Position numbers and translations under genes: made by a program
Notes under the pieces: generated by a model
Database searches by the model: none
Told to the model about the DNA's origin: nothing
Seen by the model: the letters and a program-made list of their open reading frames with translations, nothing else
In this document: positions 31,997-41,917 of the stretch, piece after piece
How the letters are laid out: each line of letters begins with the position of its first letter
Position numbering within the stretch: the stretch's first letter is position 1
Source: a virus
Length of the DNA: 64,000 nucleotides
Reading direction: 5' to 3' (one strand)
Virus record (IMG/VR): IMGVR_UViG_3300028490_000005
Location: 1 to 64,000 of that record

Positions 31997-32398
31997 TTGG
32001 GATTAATAGAAAAATTGTTTGATAAATACAATGAGTTTATAAAATTTGAAACCATTGATATTGAAGATAGGCTCAGACGACACACCGAAATCTTGGGCTT
32101 CTATCAATCAACATTTTACACCATGAAACAAAAACATACTAAATATTCATTTGAATTGGATAGACAATGGCAAGAAAAATACCTCTACTATAAAAACGAA
32201 TTCAATATAGTCTTAAACAACAATGAAATTAAGTCCTTTATTGAAAAGGACTTAGAATATTTAGAAATTAAGAGAAAACTTCAAGAAGTGACTGACATTT
32301 TAGAACAAATAGAATTAATCCTGAAAGGGTTGGATTCAATGAGATGGACTATAAAATCTATAATTGATTGGGAAAAATTTAAGGCTGGTCAGTTCTAA
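31997..32398 (+). CDS. uvsY: Recombination mediator UvsY
   Basis: K.LYY, helical body, C-terminal WTIKSIIDWEKFKAG. Confidence 0.75.
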   Translation: MGLIEKLFDKYNEFIKFETIDIEDRLRRHTEILGFYQSTFYTMKQKHTKYSFELDRQWQEKYLYYKNEFNIVLNNNEIKSFIEKDLEYLEIKRKLQEVTDILEQIELILKGLDSMRWTIKSIIDWEKFKAGQF

Positions 32399-32412
32399 TT
32401 AAATAACTAAAA
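32397..32412 (+). promoter_or_regulatory. Putative late promoter
   Basis: AATTAAATAACTAAAA, identical to 6658-6673. Confidence 0.55.
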
Positions 32413-32427
32413 CAACTAGGAGTTTTA

Positions 32428-32667
32428 ATGTTAAAACAAATCATAGAAAAAATTACAAATGAAGTTATGTGCCCAGAAGCTAGATCTTTTGCATCTAAAT
32501 TGGCAAAGAAGAGTGGTATGGTAACTATTAAGTGTAAAAAGACTGGGGATGAATTTGAAGTTGATTCAGATGCGAGCATTTTAGGTGGTTGGGTTTCAGC
32601 CAAAGGCAGTGATGGTAAATCAACTGATATAGATCTTTGTGGTAATAAAGATTATAAATTCGCATAA
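32428..32667 (+). CDS. Small protein with MLKQIIE leader (candidate internal head protein)
   Basis: Shared N-terminal motif with the neighbouring genes. Confidence 0.6.
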   Translation: MLKQIIEKITNEVMCPEARSFASKLAKKSGMVTIKCKKTGDEFEVDSDASILGGWVSAKGSDGKSTDIDLCGNKDYKFA

Positions 32668-32676
32668 GGTATTGTA

Positions 32677-32937
32677 ATGTTAAAAGAAATCTTAGAAAAA
32701 TCAAATGAAGTGAAAGATAAGAAAGCTTACGAAAAGATTTATAAAGACATCATTGAATACATGGAAGAAGTGATTGCATATAGAGAAAAGATGAAATCTC
32801 GTGGTGATAAATTGGATGAATTATATAAAGAACAAACTGGGAAGTCTATTTTGTTCCAAAGTCTCTATAATGGTAGTGTTATCACTAAAGATGATATTGA
32901 TAATTTGAAAAAATTATCTAAGAAGAGGTTATCGTAA
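32677..32937 (+). CDS. Small protein with MLKEILE leader
   Basis: Shared N-terminal motif. Confidence 0.6.
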   Translation: MLKEILEKSNEVKDKKAYEKIYKDIIEYMEEVIAYREKMKSRGDKLDELYKEQTGKSILFQSLYNGSVITKDDIDNLKKLSKKRLS

Positions 32938-33128
32938 TGTTAAGAGAAATAGTAGAAGCCATTTCTTACGGTAACGTTAAGCAAAGACACGGGGCGTATA
33001 TCTTTCATTTTGATGGAGATACAATTACTATGGTAGATAAAGCTGGTAAGGTGATGGGCACTAAAAAATCCCCTTCTTTAGCATCAGTCCATACTAAAGC
33101 TATGACAAAAGAATTTGGTGGTAAGTAA
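32937..33128 (+). CDS. Small protein with MLREIVE leader
   Basis: Shared N-terminal motif; TAATG coupling. Confidence 0.6.
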   Translation: MLREIVEAISYGNVKQRHGAYIFHFDGDTITMVDKAGKVMGTKKSPSLASVHTKAMTKEFGGK

Positions 33129-33310
33129 TGTTAAGAGAAATAGTAGAGGGTGCAGACTGGGGTGAAGATGCTGAATTAACATTTTCAAAAATCATGAAGA
33201 TAGTTGATGACATTAATTCTAAGATAAGTTCTGCTAAATTAGACGCAAGAACTTACCAAACACTAGAAAAAGCTAAACAAGAGCTTGAGAAAGCGTTAAG
33301 GAGAATGTAA
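33128..33310 (+). CDS. Small protein with MLREIVE leader
   Basis: Shared N-terminal motif; TAATG coupling. Confidence 0.6.
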   Translation: MLREIVEGADWGEDAELTFSKIMKIVDDINSKISSAKLDARTYQTLEKAKQELEKALRRM

Positions 33311-33609
33311 TGATTAGAGAAATAGTAGAAGGGTTGGGATTAGCTTCTGGTTCTAATTATTCGTACTTGAGTGGGAATAAAGATAACCGTCCAACTGGGA
33401 TTTTAGTTCACACAAAAAGTGAGCGTGGTTCAATAAAGATCGCGTCAGAAGTAGAGAAAAGAGGACTTAAGTCTGAAATTCGTGACGGTAAGAAACAAAT
33501 TGAAATATACGCAAGTCATTATAGTGATGAGGAAAAATCTTATTTATCTAATATCATCGCTGGAGATGAATTAGATAAATTAATTAAAAAGATAGAAATA
33601 TTAAACTAA
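33310..33609 (+). CDS. Small protein with MIREIVE leader
   Basis: Shared N-terminal motif; TAATG coupling. Confidence 0.6.
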   Translation: MIREIVEGLGLASGSNYSYLSGNKDNRPTGILVHTKSERGSIKIASEVEKRGLKSEIRDGKKQIEIYASHYSDEEKSYLSNIIAGDELDKLIKKIEILN

Positions 33610-33683
33610 AAATTCAAGGAGAATGTAATGAGAGATATAGTATTTTGTGGTGAAGAAATCTTAAAAGAAGGAGGAGACGCATA

Positions 33684-33899
33684 ATGTTAAAAGAAATTAT
33701 AGAAAAAATCGAAGAAAAAGATATGATCAATCTTGGTGATTTTGAAAACCAAAAACATAAGAAATTGATTGATGAAGATTCAGATTATCAAAAATTCTTT
33801 CAGAAAAAGCTTAAGTCTTGGGGTGTAAAATCACCAGCTGAACTTGATAAAGAAAAGAGAAAGAAATTCTTTACTGAAATCGAAAAGGATTGGAAGTAA
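33684..33899 (+). CDS. Small protein with MLKEIIE leader
   Basis: Shared leader; YQKFF...GVKSPAEL..E.RKKFF segment reminiscent of small proteins in T4-like phages. Confidence 0.65.
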   Translation: MLKEIIEKIEEKDMINLGDFENQKHKKLIDEDSDYQKFFQKKLKSWGVKSPAELDKEKRKKFFTEIEKDWK

Positions 33900-33900
33900 A

Positions 33901-34194
33901 GTGTTAAGAGAAATTTTAGAGGAGCTTGAAATTGATGAGCTTAAGGGAAATATTGACCCAAAGGCTAAGAAACATGCTAAGATAGTTTCAAAAGCTAGAG
34001 CGAAAGTAAAATGCTCCGGAAATAATACTCCCTCTAAAATTAAAGACACTGGGACATCTGTTCGTTTCAAGTGTACTCCCAAAGACAAAACAAAGGCTAG
34101 AAAGATGGTAAAGGTTAGGAAGAAATTCAATAAGACCTCTGCAGGAAAGAAAGCCGTGAAAGTATCAAAACTTACAAAGAAATTTAGAAAATAG
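33901..34194 (+). CDS. Very basic protein with (M)LREILE leader, possibly prohead core gp68-like
   Basis: GTG start at 33901 restores the leader; Lys/Arg-rich with two Cys. Confidence 0.5.
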   Translation: MLREILEELEIDELKGNIDPKAKKHAKIVSKARAKVKCSGNNTPSKIKDTGTSVRFKCTPKDKTKARKMVKVRKKFNKTSAGKKAVKVSKLTKKFRK

Positions 34195-34200
34195 TCCATA

Positions 34201-34263
34201 TTTAAGCAAGGTTTAAGCCAACTTACGGTATAATAGAGTATAAAGTTTGAAAGGCTTGATATG
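34201..34263 (+). promoter_or_regulatory. Early promoter cassette
   Basis: TTTAAGCAAGGTTTAAGCCAACTTACGGTATAAT. Confidence 0.85.
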
Positions 34264-34992
34264 ACTATCCAACTACCAAAATTCACATTACTAGAGAAGT
34301 TATCTACTTCTGACGCAATATCTTGTTGCGATCGTTGTGAACGTGAAATCAAAAACTCATACATTATTAGAAATAACGAAGATAACTCTGTACACAACTA
34401 TGGTTCTGGATGTGCTAAGCACGTTATGGGAATTTCAATTACAGAAGTTGTTGAGCAAAATAAAGCTTATGACGAAGACCAAAAAAGAATAGCACGTGAA
34501 GCCGATCAAGAAGCTATGGGTAGAACTTACATACAATCGTTTAATGAAGCTAATCCTAAAATGCTTAAGTTTATTGCTGAAGGTGCTACTGACAACAATT
34601 TCCTTTCTGACATGAAGAAGCGTATAGAGGAAACGGGTTCATTGACTGATGGGCAGTTTCACGCTGTGTATCGTATGATGTTACCTTTCGCTCAACTTGA
34701 CGACAAAGTTAAGGACATGAAAGTGTACCCTTCAAAGATTAATGCTCAAGAGGGTCAATGGGGTTGGTCTTATACAGTAACATGTATTACTGAAAACGAT
34801 GAGAAAGTTCGTATATTCTTTTCATCATTGAATTTGGCTAACGGTGACCTCCTTGAAAAATGTGGTGTGATAGATGGTGATTTATTCCCTTCAAGAATTG
34901 ACAAAGAAAATCCTATATTGGTTTCTGGTTCATTCGATGGGTATAAAATCAAAAGAGCTAAGTTGGCAACTATTAAGCAAGATTTAAACTAA
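34261..34992 (+). CDS. Early protein with N-terminal Zn-binding motif
   Basis: CDRC...YGSGC. Confidence 0.65.
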   Translation: MTIQLPKFTLLEKLSTSDAISCCDRCEREIKNSYIIRNNEDNSVHNYGSGCAKHVMGISITEVVEQNKAYDEDQKRIAREADQEAMGRTYIQSFNEANPKMLKFIAEGATDNNFLSDMKKRIEETGSLTDGQFHAVYRMMLPFAQLDDKVKDMKVYPSKINAQEGQWGWSYTVTCITENDEKVRIFFSSLNLANGDLLEKCGVIDGDLFPSRIDKENPILVSGSFDGYKIKRAKLATIKQDLN

Positions 34993-35421
34993 CTTAGGGT
35001 ATAATGAATAAAATTGGTAAGGAATGAAATGATTAAATTGATAAAGGCTAAATATTCTGGTCACAGTGTGGTATCTAAATTGGAACTGTTAATTGGAACC
35101 GAAGGATTATCGTATTTTAAAGAAGATATAGTTAATTTCGAAGATTACGACGCCACAAAAACGAATGTCTTGGTATTCGACTATTCACCAATTAAACAAG
35201 GTAAAATATTAATTAAAGTACCAAATGGTGTGTGGGAAGTTTTAAAAATGAATTCTAAGATTTTCAATAGACTTAAAAAATTGGTAGATTATAAAGAACC
35301 ACATTCTTCTGTAAAAAGTAATTGGTTGAGTTCAATTCGCTCATCATCAGTCACCGAGTTTTAAGTCAATCTTAAGGTAAATTTAATATAATAGTTCATA
35401 AATTAATGAAAGGACTATTAT

Positions 35422-37116
35422 GTGTTAATAAAAGATAGAGATGAAAGTTACTCGATTTTATCATTCGAAAATCACTCAAACAGTGAAGCTATAGAGCTGA
35501 GAGTTAAGCTTATGGATGACTTATCAGTATTTGTTGATGGATATAAATTCAGTCCTAAATTCAGAGCTGGTGTGTGGGACGGAAAGAAATACTACTTCAA
35601 GATGCAAGTAGATATGTCAATGCAAATACCAAAAGGCTTGGCGGAAACTATATCGAAACGGTATGCTCAGCACTTAGATGAACCATATGAACCAATCAAC
35701 AAACCAACACCATACCCAAAGGAAGTTGTCGAAAGTCACATAGAATCATTAAAATTACCATTTGAACCATACGATTATCAAATTGATTCGCTCTATGAAG
35801 TATTAGAAAATCCTAGAAGGATTTTGGTGGCAGCGACTGGTGCGGGTAAATCACTAATAATATACATAATAATGACATTTTTTGAAGCTCAAAATATGAA
35901 AGGATTATTGATTGTTCCAAATGTTGGTTTGGCTGAACAAATGCGGACGGATTTTATAAGTTATGGAATGAGTGATGAAGAAGTAGATAAACGACTTCAT
36001 ACAATATTCGCTGGTAAAGAAAAAACATTCAGAAAACCGATGACAGTAACTACTTGGCAATCAGCCGTCCTTATGGATTCATCACATTTCGATCAATTAA
36101 ATTATGTGATTGTCGATGAAGCTCACCTAGCAACTGGGGAAAGTTTACAAAAATTATTAGCAGTGTCAAGGAATTGTACATATAAAATTGGATTAACTGG
36201 AACTCTACCAAAAACTTATGAAGGTAGGTTCACACTATCAGCTACTCTTGGTAAAAGTGCTAAGATGATTACTCCTCAAGGTTTAATTGAAAGAGGGTTG
36301 GCTACACCAGTTACAATCATTACTGCTTATTTGAATTACAGTATCGCTGATAAAAAGAAAGTTAAGGTATTAAAAAATTACCAAAAGGAAATAAAATTTC
36401 TCGAGGAACATCAAGGTCGTAACGACTTTATTGCCAAACTAGCAATTCAAGCAACCAAGAAATATGGAAATACATTGATGATGTATAGTTCAATTCAACA
36501 TGGAACGAATTTGTTAGGATTTGTCCTTTCCAATAAATTCAACATAGACACACCAACAATTCTAGAAAAGGTTACTCCGAAAAGAGTTGCGGAAGCTAAG
36601 GAAGCTTGTTCAGACGCCGAAGGATTGTTTGTATTGACTAAGCTCACACCAAAGGATATCAAAACTCTGAGTAAATACTATTCAGGCTCCGAAATAACCA
36701 ATATAAAAGTCCTGAGTGATTATCACATATACTTGATAAAAGGAAGTATTGAGGGAGAGGTGAGAAATGAAATCAGGGCATTGTTGGAGAAGGTTGATGA
36801 TGCTATTTTAATTGGTTCAGCACAAACTGTTTCCACTGGTATGAATATTAAGAGATTGCACAACATATTCCTGACAAGCAGTACAAAATCATCGATTAGA
36901 TTGAATCAAACTATTGGACGTGGTATGAGATTACATGGTGAAAAGAAAATGATGAGATTCTTTGACTTTATTGATGATTTTAGTACAAAGACGAAAAGAG
37001 GTAAGGTCACTAACAAAAACTATACTCTGAAACACAGTTATGAAAGATTGAACGAATACCTGGAACACGGGTATCCAATTAAAGAATTAGAAATAAATAT
37101 AAAGGAAGACGATTGA
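35422..37116 (+). CDS. uvsW: UvsW SF2 helicase
   Basis: F.PKFRAGVWDG, PYDYQ, ATGAGKS, VDEAH, GLTGT, STGMNI, QTIGRGMR. Confidence 0.93.
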   Translation: MLIKDRDESYSILSFENHSNSEAIELRVKLMDDLSVFVDGYKFSPKFRAGVWDGKKYYFKMQVDMSMQIPKGLAETISKRYAQHLDEPYEPINKPTPYPKEVVESHIESLKLPFEPYDYQIDSLYEVLENPRRILVAATGAGKSLIIYIIMTFFEAQNMKGLLIVPNVGLAEQMRTDFISYGMSDEEVDKRLHTIFAGKEKTFRKPMTVTTWQSAVLMDSSHFDQLNYVIVDEAHLATGESLQKLLAVSRNCTYKIGLTGTLPKTYEGRFTLSATLGKSAKMITPQGLIERGLATPVTIITAYLNYSIADKKKVKVLKNYQKEIKFLEEHQGRNDFIAKLAIQATKKYGNTLMMYSSIQHGTNLLGFVLSNKFNIDTPTILEKVTPKRVAEAKEACSDAEGLFVLTKLTPKDIKTLSKYYSGSEITNIKVLSDYHIYLIKGSIEGEVRNEIRALLEKVDDAILIGSAQTVSTGMNIKRLHNIFLTSSTKSSIRLNQTIGRGMRLHGEKKMMRFFDFIDDFSTKTKRGKVTNKNYTLKHSYERLNEYLEHGYPIKELEINIKEDD

Positions 37117-37721
37117 GAATTAAAAAACAACAACGTGGGCTGATATTGTGGGAAAATAAATATCAACATTATATATGGGAAATTTTAATGAAAGATGAAA
37201 TTGATTGTGGTTTCTGGTCAAATGCTAAATTCGATACATTCCCATATATGACAGCAAATAGTTTTGTATTTCCTAAAAAACCAGGAATTTCATTCCCACC
37301 AAGTATGACCAGCTTCAATTTCATTAGTAAAGTGTTCATTGAAGATAAGGGATATTTTGTTGCCATGTTAGTGAAATTAATTGAAAGATATGATCTTTCA
37401 ATAGAGGACATGAAACGACTATCATTTCATGCAGATTCTTTTATATCAATAGATTTTATGGATAACAATTCAGACTATCGTAGAGTTCAGGTGTCGTATT
37501 TTGACCCCATGGATAGAAACATAACTGATTCACATAGAGAAATGATGCTCACTGAATACGCTTATTTTAAGAATTTAGGTGTTGATATGAAAGAAGTGGC
37601 TGATGTTATTAAACATGAACCATTAACAGTCCTACAAACTCGTAAGATTTTATTGAGAATGGGAGAAATCACCAGAAAAAGCGTAGACCTGAATGAAGTG
37701 GCTGAATTAAGTCAATCTTAA
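37113..37721 (+). CDS. Hypothetical protein
   Basis: ORF track; coupled to uvsW. Confidence 0.6.
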   Translation: MRIKKQQRGLILWENKYQHYIWEILMKDEIDCGFWSNAKFDTFPYMTANSFVFPKKPGISFPPSMTSFNFISKVFIEDKGYFVAMLVKLIERYDLSIEDMKRLSFHADSFISIDFMDNNSDYRRVQVSYFDPMDRNITDSHREMMLTEYAYFKNLGVDMKEVADVIKHEPLTVLQTRKILLRMGEITRKSVDLNEVAELSQS

Positions 37722-37762
37722 GGTTATAATATTATAATAACAAATACAAAAGGAGAAATAAA

Positions 37763-38464
37763 TTGTTAAACACACAAACTAGAAAGGGTCTTAAGACCTT
37801 AACAACCGTTGGAAATACTGCTATCGTACGATATCCTTGGACATCTGTACTACAAAAGAATAAATCATTAATTGCTTTCATTAATATGGAAGAATATGGT
37901 GAAGAACCATTTGAGGAATTTGGGTTAGAAAGTATGAGCGAATTCTTAAGCTTAGTCGACTTCTATAACGACCCTGAAATTTCAGAGGAAGATGGTATTA
38001 TATCTATCGAATCTGGTAAATATCACCAAAAATATGGTACTTCTGATTTAGATACTATGAAATCATTTGATGTTAAGATTACTACTCTAGAAAAAATGTC
38101 TGCTGCTCCGGAAGTAATTGCATTCGATATATCACAAGATGAACTTGTTAGATTTAAGAAAATTGCATCTCTTACTAAGGCAACAAACTTAGTTGTTTCT
38201 GGTAACACGGAAGGTGAGAGTACGCTTACAATTTGTAAGTTGGATAGATCTAAGAATATGTCCGATGAGAGTACGTCCGAATTCCCTATGTCAGTATCTA
38301 AAAATATTAATATATCATTTGATGTACAAAACTTCATGAAATTACCAGATAAAACTTATTCAGTTAGTATCAAACAATCAGAAACTACTGGGAATTGTAT
38401 ATCGATTTGGGAAGTAGATGACGAACCAATTAGTATCGTCGTAAGCGTTTCGGATGTTTACTAA
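37763..38464 (+). CDS. 45: Sliding clamp (T4 gp45-like)
   Basis: About 230 aa; T.K.LK.L, EFGL..MSEFLSLV, F..QNFMKL....Y.V.I pattern; next to gp32. Confidence 0.75.
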   Translation: MLNTQTRKGLKTLTTVGNTAIVRYPWTSVLQKNKSLIAFINMEEYGEEPFEEFGLESMSEFLSLVDFYNDPEISEEDGIISIESGKYHQKYGTSDLDTMKSFDVKITTLEKMSAAPEVIAFDISQDELVRFKKIASLTKATNLVVSGNTEGESTLTICKLDRSKNMSDESTSEFPMSVSKNINISFDVQNFMKLPDKTYSVSIKQSETTGNCISIWEVDDEPISIVVSVSDVY

Positions 38465-38486
38465 ATATTGTTAAATATTTGGTAAA

Positions 38487-38508
38487 AAGACCATTTTTAT
38501 GGTCTTTC
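38487..38508 (+). terminator. Hairpin, probable terminator
   Basis: AAAGACCAT-TTTT-ATGGTCTTT inverted repeat. Confidence 0.6.
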
Positions 38509-38554
38509 CACATTAAATAGTAATGTAACTCATAATGGAGGATATCGAAATGTA

Positions 38555-38645
38555 ACGAGAAATACGAAAAAACGAAAAACACGAAAAACGGAAAAGAGTC
38601 ATACGAAAAATACGAAAAATACGAAAAAATACGGAGAAACGAAAA
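38555..38645 (+). repeat. About 10 imperfect ACGAAAA repeats in the gene 32 leader
   Basis: ACGAGAAAT ACGAAAAA ACGAAAAAC ACGAAAA ACGGAAAAG ... ACGAAAAAT ACGAAAAAT ACGAAAAAAT ACGGAGAA ACGAAAA ATG. Confidence 0.9.
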
Positions 38646-39713
38646 ATGGGAAAATATAACTGGGATAACCTGAAAGGAAATTTACAAAAAGGTGTTGGTG
38701 AAAAAACACAAAACGACTTCAATGATCCACGAGAGTGGAAACTACAAAGAGATGAAAATGATAACGGTACAGCAGTAATTAGATTGCTTCCAGGTAAAGG
38801 TGGAGACACTCCTGCAGTAGTACGAGTTTACGAACATTCACTCAGATTCTTCAACAAACAATCAAACAAATATAGATGGTTCATCGAATCTTCCCCATCA
38901 AGTATCAAAAAAGACTGTCCTGTAAGTCAAGCATGGTATGAATTAGGTGATGTTGGTACGGATGAAGCTAAGAAAATGCAAGAAGCATTTAAGCGTTCTA
39001 CAAAATTTGTGTCTAATATTCTTGTGGTGAATGACCCTATGAATCCAGAAAACAATGGTAAAATCTTCTATTGGAAGTACGGTGTTAAATTATTCGATAA
39101 GTTCCAGTCTGTTCTTGAACTAACTGAACAACAAATTAAGGTTGGTAAGAAGCCAATTCAATTATTCGACCCTGAAGACGGTGCTGATATCATACTTGAA
39201 ATAGCAAAAGTTGGTAACTTCTTGAACTATGACGGTACTACAATTGAAACTCCTTCAAGAGCATTCGATACAGACGAAGAAATGGATGAAGCAGTGCTTG
39301 AAAAATGTTTCGACTTAACTGAATTTATCAGCGAAGATTACTACAAACCATACAGTGAATTGAAAAAGAAACTTGCGTGGGTAATTGAAAAGCAACCAAT
39401 CGAATCTTTCTTAATTGAAAATGGTTCACAAGTGATTACTGAACTTTATAAAAAGAATGCATCAACAGACAACTCATCTTCTGAAGATAGAGAAACTTCT
39501 AGTATGCCCAGCACTTCTTATACACCAAAAACTAAAAAAGCTCCAGAGCCCACAGTTGAAGTGAACGAAGATCCTGCAGTAGAGGAAACTCCTGAAGCAG
39601 TTGAAAAGCCAGTAGTAAAGAAGCCAACAGTTGAGAAAAAAGCTACTAAAGCAAAACCTCAAGGTGAAACAGAAGAAGATATGGACATACTAGCAATGCT
39701 AGATGATATGTAA
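38646..39713 (+). CDS. 32: Single-stranded DNA-binding protein gp32
   Basis: DPREWKL..D..DNGTAVIRLLP, CPV, NILVVNDP.NPENNGK, YG.KLFDK; acidic tail. Confidence 0.93.
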   Translation: MGKYNWDNLKGNLQKGVGEKTQNDFNDPREWKLQRDENDNGTAVIRLLPGKGGDTPAVVRVYEHSLRFFNKQSNKYRWFIESSPSSIKKDCPVSQAWYELGDVGTDEAKKMQEAFKRSTKFVSNILVVNDPMNPENNGKIFYWKYGVKLFDKFQSVLELTEQQIKVGKKPIQLFDPEDGADIILEIAKVGNFLNYDGTTIETPSRAFDTDEEMDEAVLEKCFDLTEFISEDYYKPYSELKKKLAWVIEKQPIESFLIENGSQVITELYKKNASTDNSSSEDRETSSMPSTSYTPKTKKAPEPTVEVNEDPAVEETPEAVEKPVVKKPTVEKKATKAKPQGETEEDMDILAMLDDM

Positions 39714-39715
39714 TT

Positions 39716-40516
39716 CTAGACTGACACCAATTTATAACCACAGAACTTAGAACGTCCTTGGTTGTGAATTCGTTTAAAAATTCCTTGGTTTGTGATGTCA
39801 CTATATACTCTACAAGAGTCAATGTATTTGCATGCATTCTTAGGCAGTCCAACATCGACTAAAGTTTCATACATTGCACCCTGAGCGACAATTTCACCAA
39901 GTAAATCATAAATTATTATCTCCCTAGCCATAGGGTTATCGGTGCCAAGTCGTTTTCCTTTTCTAACATTAGACATTTTGTTCTTTGTTTCTTGAGAAAG
40001 AACTTTACCTAAATTTGCTTGTCTTAATTTTTCAAGGTGTTCTTTTGATTTTTGTTTTCCTTTTAATGAATTAGATATTTTTTGACGGTGTTCAGGTGGT
40101 AAATTTTTACCCCTGAACGCAGAGCCATTTTTATATCTAGTTTCATCGGAAGGGTTTCTGTGACCTTCACTTATTCTTTTTCTAGTTTCTTTTGAAAAAA
40201 TTATACCTGATTGGTCGAATCCAGAAGAAGTTTGTTTAGCTTTATTAATGAATTTTTCATTTTTCGCAACATCAAACTTCTCATGTAGGAATATTTCATA
40301 TTCAATTGCAGATTCTCTATCTACAAATGTTTCAATGATAAAATATAAGTATTCTTCTGGGTTTGAAATTTGTCTTTGTTTAAAATTTTTATCAGTTGAA
40401 GAAGTACGGTATTTTGTGATATCGACTTCTGGTTCGATATCACTTGAACGTGCACCTATGTAGTATCTATCAGTTGGTATTTCAAAAACTATATATACAT
40501 AATTATATTTTTTCAT
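39716..40516 (-). mobile_element. GIY-YIG homing endonuclease with NUMOD3 repeats
   Basis: YVY...YYIG, Y.TSS, A.EYE, N; repeated ETR..IS/EH..K.S; the only convincing minus-strand gene. Confidence 0.88.
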
Positions 40517-40822
40517 TTATATCTTCCTATGTGCTATTTATATAGTTATTTAATGATTAAGTTAAAATTAAGAAGTAATAGATATAATAGAGTTTCAAAG
40601 GAGTTAAAATGGAACAAATTCAAGAATCTTTTGATTCAATGAAGTGTGGGATGAAATATTTCATCCTTCAAGAGGGGTCTAGTGTAGAACTAGGTAAATT
40701 TCAAGTCGATGAAAAGACAGATAATGTTATTCTGTTCAGTAACATGAATAAGAAAGTTGAGTTCGGACTTTCGATTTTCAAGGAAGATTTTGGAAATTAT
40801 GAAGTATACAAAATAAAGGAGA

Positions 40823-41917
40823 ATGATTAATATGGTACTAATTGATTTTTCCCATATGTCGATGCGTAACTTATATGTCGCCCTTTCTCAAGCTAGACCG
40901 AGAAAGGTCGAGGGAGAGTACATTACGAGTGAATTCATAACATTTTATTACCACTTGATGCTACAATCTTTGAGACATATATCAGATAAATTTGATAATT
41001 ACGGTGAAATTGTCCTTGCTTTAGATAGTAAGGACAATTGGCGTAAAGATATCTATCCAGAATACAAGGGTCACAGAAAGAAAGATCGTGATAAGAGTGA
41101 AGTGAATTTCAGTGAATTCTTTGAATATGTTGAATCTTTCACTGATGTATTGAATGCTAATTTTCCTTATAAGGTGATACGAGTTCATAGAGCCGAAGCA
41201 GATGATATTATTGGTATTTTAGCTGAAAGATATGCTGATTATGAAAAGGTCATAGCCGTTTCCAGTGATAAAGACTTTAAACAAATCCTTGAAGTTGGTG
41301 CTGAATTATATGACCCAATTAAAAAGGCAAAGATTAGAATGTCCACTGAAGAATTGAAGAAATGGAAAATTGTACACATATTATGTGGTGATTCTGCTGA
41401 TAATATTCCTCATGTTAAAAGAGGTACGGAATTCACGCCAACATTTATTTCATACTTAAAAGAAAATGAAATTCACGTGAAAGACCCAGCAACTTTTAAT
41501 AAATTGACAATATCAGAGAAATTATATTCTGATTTCAATGTTTATAAAGTCAATAAAAAGGGAGAAGTGCTTGATGAATTGGACATATTCAAAGCAACAC
41601 CATTCGGTCCAAAGACGGCTGAAAAGTTTGCAGATGATTTGAAATCAAATCTAAAATTAAATCCTATATATGCGTCTAATTTTAGGCGAAATATGGACTT
41701 GGTATTATTTAGTAAGATACCTCAAGATATTCAAGACACTATCATTAATGATTTTAAGGGTATTGAAGTTCAATATGACCCGAATGGTATTTTCAAGTTT
41801 CTTTCTGAAAACCATTTAAGTCAACAATTAATGAATGTTACTGACTTCTATATAGATTCTAAAAAATCTCAGGATAGAACTTCATCTCCTGCTGAAGCAA
41901 TGGATGAATGGATTTAA
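40823..41917 (+). CDS. rnh: T4-type RNase H / 5' flap nuclease
   Basis: LIDFS, WRKDIYPEYKGHRK, EADDIIG, SSDKDFKQ, GDSADNIP. Confidence 0.92.
   Translation: MINMVLIDFSHMSMRNLYVALSQARPRKVEGEYITSEFITFYYHLMLQSLRHISDKFDNYGEIVLALDSKDNWRKDIYPEYKGHRKKDRDKSEVNFSEFFEYVESFTDVLNANFPYKVIRVHRAEADDIIGILAERYADYEKVIAVSSDKDFKQILEVGAELYDPIKKAKIRMSTEELKKWKIVHILCGDSADNIPHVKRGTEFTPTFISYLKENEIHVKDPATFNKLTISEKLYSDFNVYKVNKKGEVLDELDIFKATPFGPKTAEKFADDLKSNLKLNPIYASNFRRNMDLVLFSKIPQDIQDTIINDFKGIEVQYDPNGIFKFLSENHLSQQLMNVTDFYIDSKKSQDRTSSPAEAMDEWI

Noticed and set aside
33844-33900. ORF-track start at 33844 (similarly 4794, 5709, 6225, 16202, 20491, 27073)
   Set aside because: These overlap upstream genes; downstream starts with conserved leaders or TAATG coupling fit better
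38513-38809. Minus-strand ORF with FRIFRIFR repeats
   Set aside because: Just the reverse translation of the ACGAAAA leader repeats
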